From an uncultured virus (IMG/VR IMGVR_UViG_3300002038_000007) (Duplodnaviria > Heunggongvirae > Uroviricota > Caudoviricetes), in IMG/VR virus record IMGVR_UViG_3300002038_000007: a stretch of 64,000 bases of DNA, one strand, 5' to 3'. Positions 1 to 9,747 of this stretch are shown here, in pieces (position 1 is the stretch's first letter; each line of letters starts with the position of its first letter). The notes below the pieces were generated by a model. The model saw only the letters and a list, made by a program, of their open reading frames with translations, was not told where the DNA came from and searched no databases. Position numbers and translations under genes: made by a program.

Positions 1-220
1 CTTTAGATGCCAAGGCCAGCCGATGACATCAAGGGCAAATATGTTGAGCAAGGCTAGCGCGTCTTTGCTCAGAAAAGCAGTTTTTACTTTTGGCCACACC
101 GTTCGGTAACGAATGGCGCAGACCAAAAGGCCAATAATGACGTAAAGGAAGATGATCTTGGTCATAAGGTGCTCCGTTTAAGATAAAGCGCCGATTTTGG
201 CGCAATGAACATAGTCAGAG

Positions 221-400
221 CTAAGAACTAGTGCTTTTCGCATTCAATGTCTCCGATAAGATCTGTTCGACCTTCTCCAGAACTGCTTCGCGCATAAAAC
301 TTGTTCGAGAGTTAGCGCCAGCCGCCTTCCATGCCTTATCGACTTTTGCAAGAGTGTCAGGAGAGAGAGGAACGGTGATAGGGATTACAGCATTTGGCAT
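221..400 (-). CDS. Ribbon-helix-helix (CopG-like) DNA-binding protein, 59 aa (below ORF-track cutoff)
   Basis: Hand translation MPNAVIPITVPLSPDTLAKVDKAWKAAGANSRTSFMREAVLEKVEQ...: strand-helix-SRTSFMREAV pattern typical of RHH. Confidence 0.65.
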   Translation of the reverse strand: MPNAVIPITVPLSPDTLAKVDKAWKAAGANSRTSFMREAVLEKVEQILSETLNAKSTSS

Positions 401-544
401 GACTTGCCTCAGTTTTGCAAAAGCAGCATCATATAATATACTATATTAAATCCCCGAGCTGATCAATAGATATTGATCTTGAAGCGAATACGGTGCTAAA
501 GCTTTGAGGAGCAAAGCACCCGCACCCGTCCAAGGGTGTGCTGC

Positions 545-1855
545 GTGGCGCTTGTTCTTAAGGATCTCCATCTAGCGGTTACAGCACCGGTCCAAATCTG
601 GGTCTATGAGACCACAGATTCGGCGGCGGTTGTCACTGCTCCCGGCTACTTTGATGGCGCGGGGTTCCGGAAGTTCAGGGAGCGGGCCTGGGTTTTGGTC
701 CTGATCGACGGCGGTGGCGGCGCGCAAACCCATCTCATCATGACCGTGGCTTCTGTCACCGCTTCTTCTGTCACCATGACAACGGTACCAATCGGGGCTG
801 GCGGCAGTGTGATTGGTGGCATTACTCCCGGTACGGTGCCAATCTTCACGGCCAACGGCAATATCCAAATCCCCGATACCGGCACCAATAACCAATTTTG
901 GTTCATCGGTGAGGACGGCGCTCAGCGCTTCGTGATGTATTACGGCGGCAATGAGACGGCTGCTATTGCGGCCGGGCCGATCTATAGTTTTGCACCAAAC
1001 GGCATTCTTGATCTTGTGGTTGGCGGCGACGTTCGCATTGGCGGCGTATCGGTTGGCTCAGGTGGTGGCGTTTCATCAGGTCCTTTGCTAGGCCCAACAT
1101 TTGCAGCAACGACGCAGACCTACGATCCTATTTCCCATGCTGGCGAGCATGTGCGTCTCGACCCCTCTACCAACGATGTTGAACTGGCTTTGCCGGATGT
1201 TGCAACCGTCCCGGCAGGCACGCATTTTTATGCGCTCAATCTCAGTGACTCGTTCCTTTCGTCTTTGCGTGTGATCGTGCCTGGTCAGCTGCGTTCCAAC
1301 AATGGCTTTGACAGTCACAGTATTTCTTCGGACACGGTCTATTTTGGGCTGTCACAGGCCACGTCAGTGCGTGCCGGGATCTATGTGTGGAGTGACGGGG
1401 CTCGTTGGAATCTTGATGGGCTTTTCCGTGATGGCTCGGCCGTTGATCAATCGCTTCCTGACAATGAATTGCCGCCGTCACTGCCGGTCATCACGCCGGC
1501 CAGTATTGATCAGTCTGCCGATCTCCTTTTGGTCTGGGATAACAGCGACGGCCAGCTAAAACGGCTAGCCTGGCAAAACCTCTTTGATCTCCAGGTTTCT
1601 CGACCTGTCGCCAATTTCCAGATCGATGCCAATAGCCCGCCTGCTACGTTGTTTGCGCCAACCGGTGGGGCACTTTGCACAATCGCGGCAATGCGAGAGG
1701 GGCAAATCGTGCCCTTTCGGAACAAAACAGCAGCTACCTATAGCTTTGCTGCTAGCGGCGTGACGCTGACGCCGACAGCGCCAACGGTAGGACCTGGCGA
1801 GCTCGTCAACATAGAGGCCGTGTCATCTACCGATATTCATGTGGACCCGACCTGA
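545..1855 (+). CDS. Phage virion fibre/structural protein
   Basis: Long Gly/Thr/Val-rich ORF; N-terminal YETTDSAAVVTAPGYF motif shared with 4432..6771; TGATG coupling to next gene; start chosen at GTG 545. Confidence 0.6.
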   Translation: MALVLKDLHLAVTAPVQIWVYETTDSAAVVTAPGYFDGAGFRKFRERAWVLVLIDGGGGAQTHLIMTVASVTASSVTMTTVPIGAGGSVIGGITPGTVPIFTANGNIQIPDTGTNNQFWFIGEDGAQRFVMYYGGNETAAIAAGPIYSFAPNGILDLVVGGDVRIGGVSVGSGGGVSSGPLLGPTFAATTQTYDPISHAGEHVRLDPSTNDVELALPDVATVPAGTHFYALNLSDSFLSSLRVIVPGQLRSNNGFDSHSISSDTVYFGLSQATSVRAGIYVWSDGARWNLDGLFRDGSAVDQSLPDNELPPSLPVITPASIDQSADLLLVWDNSDGQLKRLAWQNLFDLQVSRPVANFQIDANSPPATLFAPTGGALCTIAAMREGQIVPFRNKTAATYSFAASGVTLTPTAPTVGPGELVNIEAVSSTDIHVDPT

Positions 1856-2616
1856 TGACGGTGGGCACCCTCATTCGACGTCGCGCGGTTGGCACAGCAC
1901 CAGCAGGCGGTGGTGGGCCTGTCACTTCACCAGTGGTGGGGGCAACAACGCCTTTTTCCAATAGCGACATCATCTCTGGCGCTCGGCAATTCACCTTCCC
2001 ACACACCACGGCGATTTCCGGCTCAGATCATGGGCTGTTGTTGTGTGTCTGGATGAAAGGCTCAACCAATGTTAATGGCGGTCATCCTTTCACGATCGAT
2101 AAGGTTGCCTTTAACAATTCGTTGATGGCGGAAATTGGCCGGAGTGGCGGCCTTCTTGCTGGCACCGCGCCAACATTGCTCGCTTTCTATCTTGCGTCGC
2201 CGCCCGCAGGCCTGTTTGATGTTGAATTCGACATCACCCCGGCTGGCGGTGAAGTTCAGGTTGTGGCGATGCAGGCGGTCAATCTGACCAACTGTGGTGG
2301 GCCTGGAACTGGGGTCGATCAGGATTCTGCAAATACCCCTGCAACCGGACTTTCGCTGATAGTGCCAGTTGGCGCGAATGATGGTCGCGTTTTTGGTATG
2401 GCCGCTGTTCAAGGCGGCCCGGTTGGTGGTGATTTTACTATACCCGCTGGCTATGCCGAACACATCAATACCGGCACCGGGTCATCAAACAGTACTGACC
2501 TTGGTTTCGCTTCTCATTCCATCGCCGTCGCCGCTGCTGGCAATCAGACTTACAGTACGTCATGGGGCTCTCTTGATAGCTATGGCGGTCTCGCTTTTCA
2601 ATTGTTGGGGGCCTAG
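1855..2616 (+). CDS. Putative tail-associated beta-sandwich protein
   Basis: 253-aa ORF in a coupled structural operon, beta-rich composition. Confidence 0.5.
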   Translation: MTVGTLIRRRAVGTAPAGGGGPVTSPVVGATTPFSNSDIISGARQFTFPHTTAISGSDHGLLLCVWMKGSTNVNGGHPFTIDKVAFNNSLMAEIGRSGGLLAGTAPTLLAFYLASPPAGLFDVEFDITPAGGEVQVVAMQAVNLTNCGGPGTGVDQDSANTPATGLSLIVPVGANDGRVFGMAAVQGGPVGGDFTIPAGYAEHINTGTGSSNSTDLGFASHSIAVAAAGNQTYSTSWGSLDSYGGLAFQLLGA

Positions 2617-2618
2617 CC

Positions 2619-2783
2619 ATGCCACAGCTTTTAATTGCTCCTGGCGTTCGTTTAAACACCAGCACGACAGCTCAAAAGGCTTTGCTGACAAGAGTGCCAT
2701 CGACAGGCGATGTTATTCTATACCCAGACGGCGACACCATTCTTTGGCCGGATGGCGACAAGATCAAATGGGATGAGTCCTGA
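2619..2783 (+). CDS. Small hypothetical protein, 54 aa
   Basis: ATG 2619 to TGA overlapping the next ATG; MPQLLIAPG...YPDGDTILWPDGDKIKWDES. Confidence 0.5.
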   Translation: MPQLLIAPGVRLNTSTTAQKALLTRVPSTGDVILYPDGDTILWPDGDKIKWDES

Positions 2784-4384
2784 TGGTTGCCCAGTCCGTT
2801 TTTGGGCCTGACGTCACTCAGATTGCTGATCCAACCGGCAACAAGAGAATTCCTATTGGCAGCTCCGCAACGGGGCCAAAAGAATTTGTTACGCCGGATC
2901 AAATTGCAGCGTTGGCGCTTGGCGGCACAACAGCCCTTGAGGGTTGGTTTAGCGTCAAAGAAACGCCAGGCAATGCCGCTGGCAATGGTGTGGCGGATGA
3001 CACGTCGGCCATTCAGGCAGTGATCGATGCGGCGCCTGAAGGTGCTGTTATTTACTTCCCTGTTGGCATTTACTCAGTCAACAGATTGAACGTGCCTTTT
3101 CAGAAGTCGCTTTCGTTCGTGGGCGCCAGTGTTCAAGGTTCTGTCCTTCGTTCGCGCTCGGTTGGCATCGACATTTTCCATTCCGATCGGGGCACAGGCA
3201 ATGCCCAGGACCGGTTCACCACCCAGCATTTCTATAAGAATTTACGGCTAGAACTGAACCTGCCTGAGAACGGCCCAGACACCGCGCCAAACTTCAACCG
3301 CTGCACCATTGAGGGCTTGGCGGTTGGCTGTGCGGCCATCGCTTACGAGACGTCAGCTCTTCCTTCCTCAGCAACGCCGGGCCAAATCGCCGTTTCCTGG
3401 CCTAATACGTTCGGCCGCGCTGAAGACATCATCGTTCAAGCCATCGACACCAATGATGGTGGCCGGATGAACTCTTGCGCGGTATTTATCTCCGGCTCGG
3501 CCTATGGCTGGGATTTCATGAACTTCGAGCTTCATGACATCTCTCATGGCTATGTTGAGACAGCGCCATTCATTCGCCGCTGCACGGTCAACACAAGTTC
3601 CAATACCTTGTCGCACTCGGGCGGGACCTATCCTAGCAATGCTCAGCTGACCGTTGCTCAGCACAGCGCAGAAGGTTCCCTGGCCTCTGGGGTAACGCGG
3701 TTCAGTGATTACTTTGCGCGGAATTCAAGCAGTGGCTCTTTGCAGCTAAGCACGTCGGCTGGCGGCGGAGCGGTCAATATCAGCAGCGCCGGCACCGCTG
3801 ACTTCTACATTTATGCTCGCGATCAGACTGCTGTGGTGGTGGCGCCTGACGGTTCCTCGATTATCAACTGGACCCAATATGGCGGTCGATCGGTGTTTAA
3901 CCTGTCGTCCCCGGAAAACAAGCTCATCCTGCGCTCGGACAGCTACCAGATTTCGGTTTCTCTTCTGGCCTGTCGGGCGTTCCCGAATAGCTCACGTCCG
4001 TTTGGCCTGACAAACAACTTCATCTGCATCTACTCGGAGAGCCCGCAAGGTCAGGCAACGCCTCCAAATCAGGCGCGCGATCCGTTTGTGATCATGGAAG
4101 GCCGTGTGGTGAATGTGAACGGCCTGCAAATCCGCGGCGCTGAACAGGGAACAGGGCGGCCAAGGATCGAGGTTGGCCAAACTGGCAGCCAAGTCTTCGG
4201 TATTCATATGATCAGCAACCTAAGCAACCAAGCCAACAGGCAGCCCGAGCTGGTGGTATCCGGCAATGGCAATCAGGTAGCGGCCACCATGCATCCTGCT
4301 TGTGTTGTCTCCAATACCGGGTCCAACAATAAAATCTTCGCTGTACGCGATGACAACGGCGCGACGGTTCTTGACACCTACTAA
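2783..4384 (+). CDS. Tailspike/depolymerase, pectate-lyase-like right-handed beta-helix
   Basis: AAGNGVADDTSAIQAVIDAA...VIYFPVGIY is the classical N-terminal pectate_lyase_3 motif. Confidence 0.8.
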   Translation: MVAQSVFGPDVTQIADPTGNKRIPIGSSATGPKEFVTPDQIAALALGGTTALEGWFSVKETPGNAAGNGVADDTSAIQAVIDAAPEGAVIYFPVGIYSVNRLNVPFQKSLSFVGASVQGSVLRSRSVGIDIFHSDRGTGNAQDRFTTQHFYKNLRLELNLPENGPDTAPNFNRCTIEGLAVGCAAIAYETSALPSSATPGQIAVSWPNTFGRAEDIIVQAIDTNDGGRMNSCAVFISGSAYGWDFMNFELHDISHGYVETAPFIRRCTVNTSSNTLSHSGGTYPSNAQLTVAQHSAEGSLASGVTRFSDYFARNSSSGSLQLSTSAGGGAVNISSAGTADFYIYARDQTAVVVAPDGSSIINWTQYGGRSVFNLSSPENKLILRSDSYQISVSLLACRAFPNSSRPFGLTNNFICIYSESPQGQATPPNQARDPFVIMEGRVVNVNGLQIRGAEQGTGRPRIEVGQTGSQVFGIHMISNLSNQANRQPELVVSGNGNQVAATMHPACVVSNTGSNNKIFAVRDDNGATVLDTY

Positions 4385-4431
4385 AACGATGCCGAAAGGC
4401 CAATAACAAAGAAACGAGAGGCAACAAGAAT

Positions 4432-6771
4432 ATGGCCTTCACTCACGAAACGCTGGTCAATGTCGCGCCTTCGGTGCCGAGTATTTACCTTTACATGACC
4501 AATGATACAGCTACAGACATGGCTGTTCCTGGTTATTTTAACCGTCGCGAAATACCACTCAACGTCAACGACACCATTATGGCGATCACGCGGGCCAGTG
4601 GAACGCCTCAGGTCGTGACCTTTGTGGTCGACATGGCAACGGCGTCATTTCAGTCAGTGGTTTTAAGTGTTGGCGGTGGCGGGGTTACCGGCCTTACCAA
4701 TCCGCTACTCGGCAATTTGATTGCCGCTGGCTTCAATGTTGATGATCTCGGGCAGGTTACGTTCAGAGACGCTGGCGGTGGCGTTTTGACGCTTGCGAAT
4801 AGTCCGACTGGCGGACTCCTGGTCAATGGCGCCCCGATTGCCTCGGATCTGGTTGGCGACACGACACCGCAGCTTGGTGGCAATCTTGATGGTCAGAACT
4901 TCAATGTGACCAATCTTGGCACCATCAATGGTCGTAATGTGGCCTTGGATGGCACAAACCAGGATGCGCTGCAAACGTTGATGGGGCTCGCCGCCGGCAC
5001 AACGATCCTTCCGGCGACCACTGACACCGTTCTTGCGCCAGCCAACCTTGTCACGCGCTTTCAGGATATTGCTACCGCTCTGTTGAGTACTGGCTCTATC
5101 AATTCGGTCGCTGCTGTCTCGCCTGTTGCTGGCGATATCCCGCTTGCGGCGCTAATCACGGCACTTGGCCAGGACCACATCCAAAACCTTTTGGGTGTGG
5201 CTGCAGGCACTAACCAACTGCCGGCGGTCCCGGCTGGCACGGGCGTTATCCTTAATGCTGGCACGGCGGCGGCTCAGATTGCGGAGCTAAAGAGCCGGAT
5301 CGATGCTGGCGGCGGCTCTGTCGGTGGCGATCTGACCGCCCTTGAAGCTCTGACAACCATCGGCATTGCTGAACGCACGGCAGTTGACACCTGGGTCACG
5401 CGCGCGGTTGGTCTTCTTGTCAACAACCTTGTTGCTCGTTCTCTGCGCGGTGGCATCGAATTCGCCGATACCGCTGGTAACGGTCAAAAATGGTGGGTTG
5501 ACGAAGAGACCGATAATAGCCTGGTCTTCCGATATGGCGCTACAGACGGCACGGCTACGGCTCGCTTTACGATCCCGCCCGGCGGTCTGACGCTTGGGGG
5601 TTCGCTAGATCTTTCTTCTAATGGCGGCGCCAACGTCAACACGGCTGCCGTCACCAAGATCGACATTGATGGAACACGCGCTACCCTGACCGAGTCCGCC
5701 ACCGCTGGCGAGATGAACCTTGCGTTCGCCGAAAGCTTGGTGATGCGAGGTGACTACAACGCCACGACCAATAACCCTGATCTAACGACGGCGACGCTAC
5801 AGGTTCAAGGCGATGCTTACCGGGTTTCGGTAGATGGCAATCAAGACATCGGCAACGGCGCTGAAGACTTCTCTGTTGACGACATCGTCTATCGCCACAC
5901 CGATGGCACCTGGCGTCAGATGCGTTTCCGCACAGCTCCGGGAGCCGCACAAACTGGCACGACGCCAGCCCAAACTGTTAGTCTTGGCGCTAGTTTCTCA
6001 AGTGATCCAATCCCATTCCCAGACGCTATATCAACTGATCATTTCGCGGCATCTGCTGGGATCGATATTGGCTTTTTGCCGACCGGTACGGTTGCCACGC
6101 CACACATTATTCAAGCAACAGCCCACTATCAAGCTGATGGGTTTGTTAGGATTATCGTCGATAACTTGTCCGCGGATAATGTTCCGTTGCCGGCGATCAA
6201 TTGGACGATCTACAAGGTCAATGAGAGCCAGGCGGCGGGTGCGGGTGGTGGCGGTGGATCTCAGATCGCTCTCACAACACCGTTCACGACCAGCTCGGAT
6301 CTTGTCGCGGTCAACACCCGCGATGCGGTTGAAGAGGTCAAGGCGCTTGCTGAGACACCGCTAAGCGCAGTCGGTCCTGGTGCTGTCCTGATGGAGCAAA
6401 CCGGTGGCGGCCATGCCGGGGAGTTGGTGACTGAGTCGATCACACCTCGCTTTATAGGTGCTGGGGATGGCTTGGTGCTGCGTATGGGGCCATTCGGATT
6501 TCCTGTCCGCGTGGTTGATTGCGGCGTATCAGTCGATAACGGTGAAAGCGGCGAGTTCTCGTTAGAAACAGACACAGGACCAGGGACAACGTCAGCCGGG
6601 GTTCCTGGAATATCCGACGTTGCCTTCGCAACATTGGCAAGAACGTCCGTTCCCCCAACCACACCGACAACCATCTATCCGGCCGGCGCTGAGTTTGTTC
6701 TTTCCTTTTCGAATACTAGCGCTGCCATCGACGGCACCAGTTTAACCCGTTTCCAGATTGCAGGCGCATAA
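4432..6771 (+). CDS. Tail/head fibre protein
   Basis: 779 aa; DTTPQLGGNLD and RGDYNATTNNPDL...GDAYRVSVDG motifs common in phage fibres; GAGG RBS. Confidence 0.7.
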   Translation: MAFTHETLVNVAPSVPSIYLYMTNDTATDMAVPGYFNRREIPLNVNDTIMAITRASGTPQVVTFVVDMATASFQSVVLSVGGGGVTGLTNPLLGNLIAAGFNVDDLGQVTFRDAGGGVLTLANSPTGGLLVNGAPIASDLVGDTTPQLGGNLDGQNFNVTNLGTINGRNVALDGTNQDALQTLMGLAAGTTILPATTDTVLAPANLVTRFQDIATALLSTGSINSVAAVSPVAGDIPLAALITALGQDHIQNLLGVAAGTNQLPAVPAGTGVILNAGTAAAQIAELKSRIDAGGGSVGGDLTALEALTTIGIAERTAVDTWVTRAVGLLVNNLVARSLRGGIEFADTAGNGQKWWVDEETDNSLVFRYGATDGTATARFTIPPGGLTLGGSLDLSSNGGANVNTAAVTKIDIDGTRATLTESATAGEMNLAFAESLVMRGDYNATTNNPDLTTATLQVQGDAYRVSVDGNQDIGNGAEDFSVDDIVYRHTDGTWRQMRFRTAPGAAQTGTTPAQTVSLGASFSSDPIPFPDAISTDHFAASAGIDIGFLPTGTVATPHIIQATAHYQADGFVRIIVDNLSADNVPLPAINWTIYKVNESQAAGAGGGGGSQIALTTPFTTSSDLVAVNTRDAVEEVKALAETPLSAVGPGAVLMEQTGGGHAGELVTESITPRFIGAGDGLVLRMGPFGFPVRVVDCGVSVDNGESGEFSLETDTGPGTTSAGVPGISDVAFATLARTSVPPTTPTTIYPAGAEFVLSFSNTSAAIDGTSLTRFQIAGA

Positions 6772-6910
6772 TGCAGCAACTCCGTCTTGCCGCTAATGGC
6801 TTTGTGGCGATGACCGCTAATGGCTTCGCCGCGGTCATGGATTTTTTCTTGCCAACACAATGGGCGGATAGCGCGGCGCCGTTCTGGGATGACGGAACGG
6901 GGTTTGATCA

Positions 6911-7855
6911 ATGAGTATGTTAGGACAAGCGAGCTATGTGAACTTTGGGGCGGGCGCTCCGCCACAGCCTACTGTTTTGTTTCGCGTGGTTGTTGAGTCT
7001 GATACCAATTTTGACCCTGTTCTTACAGGCTTCGGTGCGACTGACATCGATTGGGATTTTGGCGGTGGAGCTGCTAATATAACGGGCGGGTCTGGCACAC
7101 AATCGATCGCGATTACAGGCGCTCCGGTTATTGTTCAGGCCAGTACGTTCGCTACTCCAGCACCGTGGAGTCTTAATTTAAGAGCCGATAACGTGTCTCA
7201 AGTTCTTGAGATAAATGATCAAGTAACAGGCATTGATATTGCTAACAATAACGTTGGCGCGACTTCTGACTCAGTTCTTACAAACCTTCCGAATTTAATA
7301 GCGCTCGATATTAGGAACAACGGCTTTGCATCGAAAGATCTTACAGGGCTTCCTCTGTTAGATCAGCTGTTCATCCAAGGCAATAACATAACATCCTTGC
7401 CAAATTTCAATACAAGCCCTCTTTTGAGAATTTTAAACTTTGGATCAAACGGGTCGACTGGCGTTCTTGATATAAGCTCTCTTGATAAATTGCAGGTACT
7501 TCAGGGGGCATTTAATGACATAACAAACGTTGTGTTCCCAGCGACTTCAGTCATTTCTAACTTTCAAATGAATAATAATAAGTTGACTCCCATGGCAAGC
7601 ATTGCGGCATTTGCTGGTAGTTTGACGATATTTATTGTTTCAAATAATGATTTGCTCGCTTCTGAAATCGACGAAATTCTGATTGAATTGGACGCTGGTG
7701 GATTCACCGGCAATTTGCGCTATGACGCGCAGACCCCAACGGGGCCAAATGACGGGAACTCGTCGGCTTTTGACAGTAATAGGTCAGCCGCCGGCGCAAC
7801 TGCCCTATCTAATTTGCTTGGCGCGGGCGTTACCCGAACCGGGACGTATGCCTAA
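6911..7855 (+). CDS. Leucine-rich-repeat protein in virion gene cluster
   Basis: Repeated LxxLxLxxN units (LPNLIALDIRNN, LPLLDQLFIQGNN, LDKLQVLQGAFN). Confidence 0.75.
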   Translation: MSMLGQASYVNFGAGAPPQPTVLFRVVVESDTNFDPVLTGFGATDIDWDFGGGAANITGGSGTQSIAITGAPVIVQASTFATPAPWSLNLRADNVSQVLEINDQVTGIDIANNNVGATSDSVLTNLPNLIALDIRNNGFASKDLTGLPLLDQLFIQGNNITSLPNFNTSPLLRILNFGSNGSTGVLDISSLDKLQVLQGAFNDITNVVFPATSVISNFQMNNNKLTPMASIAAFAGSLTIFIVSNNDLLASEIDEILIELDAGGFTGNLRYDAQTPTGPNDGNSSAFDSNRSAAGATALSNLLGAGVTRTGTYA

Positions 7856-9747
7856 TGGTCTCTTCTATCGATCCCACACTTCCGATTGACGGCGTGCCGG
7901 CTGTCAAGAATGATCTGCGCAATAACCTGCAGGCCGCAAAGACCGAGATTGAAGCGCTGCAAAATGCTTTGATAGTTGACGCTGTTCGTGACTTTGGCTT
8001 ATCGCCTGCAAACTCTGACGTGCAAAATTCCACCGCTCTATTGGCGATGAGGGCAGACCTCCTTGCTCGTCAGACAGCTGAACCTGGTCGCCATTTTTAC
8101 ATCAAGATAGCGCCTGGCTTTTATCAGTATGAAACCAATTTCTGGCTGTATGGCCTAAAGCGTTTCACGCTAGAGGGATACGGGGCAACGCTGCAAAACA
8201 TCCATAATGGCGAAGGCCACGCCATGAGGTCGTTCAAGAGTGGCAATCCTTTCTCCAATGCCGCTCCGAGTCAGACGAACAACGGCGTCCTGAATGGCCA
8301 TCTGATCGACCCTGTCGTCGAGGGTCAGGCGGTCATTGTCTTGAAGACGCCAGCAGAGGCGGCAAATTATCAAATTGGATATGACGTCCTGCTGTTCGGA
8401 CTGAGTCAGCAAGCTCTTGGATTCCCGCCAAACACGTATTTTTTCGAATATCAAAAAGTTTTGTCGGTCAATGCCGGCACTGGCCAAGTGACCCTAGAGA
8501 AGGGGGCTCGATACACCTATAGAGATGATTGGGTCGAGTCTGGCGGAAGTAATGTAAAATGGGGACCTGCGCGTATGATCCCTATGACGTCAGCTTTCTA
8601 TGATTGGCCTGACTACATCAAATTCCAAGGCATCACCGTACTTAGAAATCCAAATAAAACCAATGACGGCTTGGAGATGGCAGGCAAATATGTGTCTTTC
8701 AAAGACTGCGACCTGCAAGAATGCACACAAACCTTTTCTAAGCTGTACCACTTCGAGAACTGCAAAGTCGAAGCGGTCCTTTGTGATAAATATAATGAAG
8801 ACGTTTTGTTTGATAACTGCGAACTCCATGATTTAGGCGATGGTCAGGGGACAAGGCGGGTACGCGTCAAAGGGGGCAGCATCTCCGAACCGGATGGCGA
8901 CAAGCCGTCTCTCGCATCAGAGACGGTCACGCTTGACGACGTCGAGCTGATATGCGGCACTGGCCATAATTTTGCAGTGATCAAGACGAGTGAAGGGACG
9001 CGACGGCAAGCCACGGTCGCTTTGCGCAACGTATCTATTGTTAATAGGTCGCCTACAGCTAAAGCCCTGATCGATCAGGGGGCGTTCGTTCAATTTGTTA
9101 TCCCACCTTTGGATGGTAGCGGTCGTCTGCTATTCCCGAAAGATACCGCCAGCTTCAACATTCTGCACCGCATAGGCGGGTATCGATCGCTGATCTTCAA
9201 AGAAGACGGGACAAAGGCGGGCCGTCTGGTGACGGTAACAGAGGACGCGACAAATTACATAGCTGAATACGAGTTCACGTCACCTCCTGTAGCTGGCGAA
9301 AATTTCGCAGTATTCGGCGGTCCTGACAATCTTGTAATGGATGGGACGCACGCCAAAGGCTTTCGCGTGCCGACATTTTTGAACCCGTTCGCGGTTCATA
9401 ATATTGACGAACAAATCGTTATCAATTTGGGCGACTACGACACGTCATTCGACACGTCAAACAGTGATGCATACTTCAGAATTCGATCAATAGAGGTTGA
9501 TATCGAGCCCAGCGCGCCTACAGGCGGCACGCTCAGCTTAAGGTTTGCTGGGTCTGGCATTGCCAATCAAGACTTTTCTCTGGACACCCCCGGATATCGA
9601 AAGATAGACCACGCGGCGGTTTTGGTCCTGGCTGGCGATGTCATCACACAAGCCCCTATTGGCCAATGGGTCCAACAGGCTCGATTAACGACTGATGCGC
9701 CTGCCAGCGGGCAGGTAAAGATCAATATTAGCAGGTTTAAAGTGTAA
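7855..9747 (+). CDS. Tailspike-like beta-helix protein
   Basis: DAVRDFGL...NSTAL...IKIAPGFY...LEGYGATL pattern; short N-terminal coiled-coil adaptor. Confidence 0.65.
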   Translation: MVSSIDPTLPIDGVPAVKNDLRNNLQAAKTEIEALQNALIVDAVRDFGLSPANSDVQNSTALLAMRADLLARQTAEPGRHFYIKIAPGFYQYETNFWLYGLKRFTLEGYGATLQNIHNGEGHAMRSFKSGNPFSNAAPSQTNNGVLNGHLIDPVVEGQAVIVLKTPAEAANYQIGYDVLLFGLSQQALGFPPNTYFFEYQKVLSVNAGTGQVTLEKGARYTYRDDWVESGGSNVKWGPARMIPMTSAFYDWPDYIKFQGITVLRNPNKTNDGLEMAGKYVSFKDCDLQECTQTFSKLYHFENCKVEAVLCDKYNEDVLFDNCELHDLGDGQGTRRVRVKGGSISEPDGDKPSLASETVTLDDVELICGTGHNFAVIKTSEGTRRQATVALRNVSIVNRSPTAKALIDQGAFVQFVIPPLDGSGRLLFPKDTASFNILHRIGGYRSLIFKEDGTKAGRLVTVTEDATNYIAEYEFTSPPVAGENFAVFGGPDNLVMDGTHAKGFRVPTFLNPFAVHNIDEQIVINLGDYDTSFDTSNSDAYFRIRSIEVDIEPSAPTGGTLSLRFAGSGIANQDFSLDTPGYRKIDHAAVLVLAGDVITQAPIGQWVQQARLTTDAPASGQVKINISRFKV

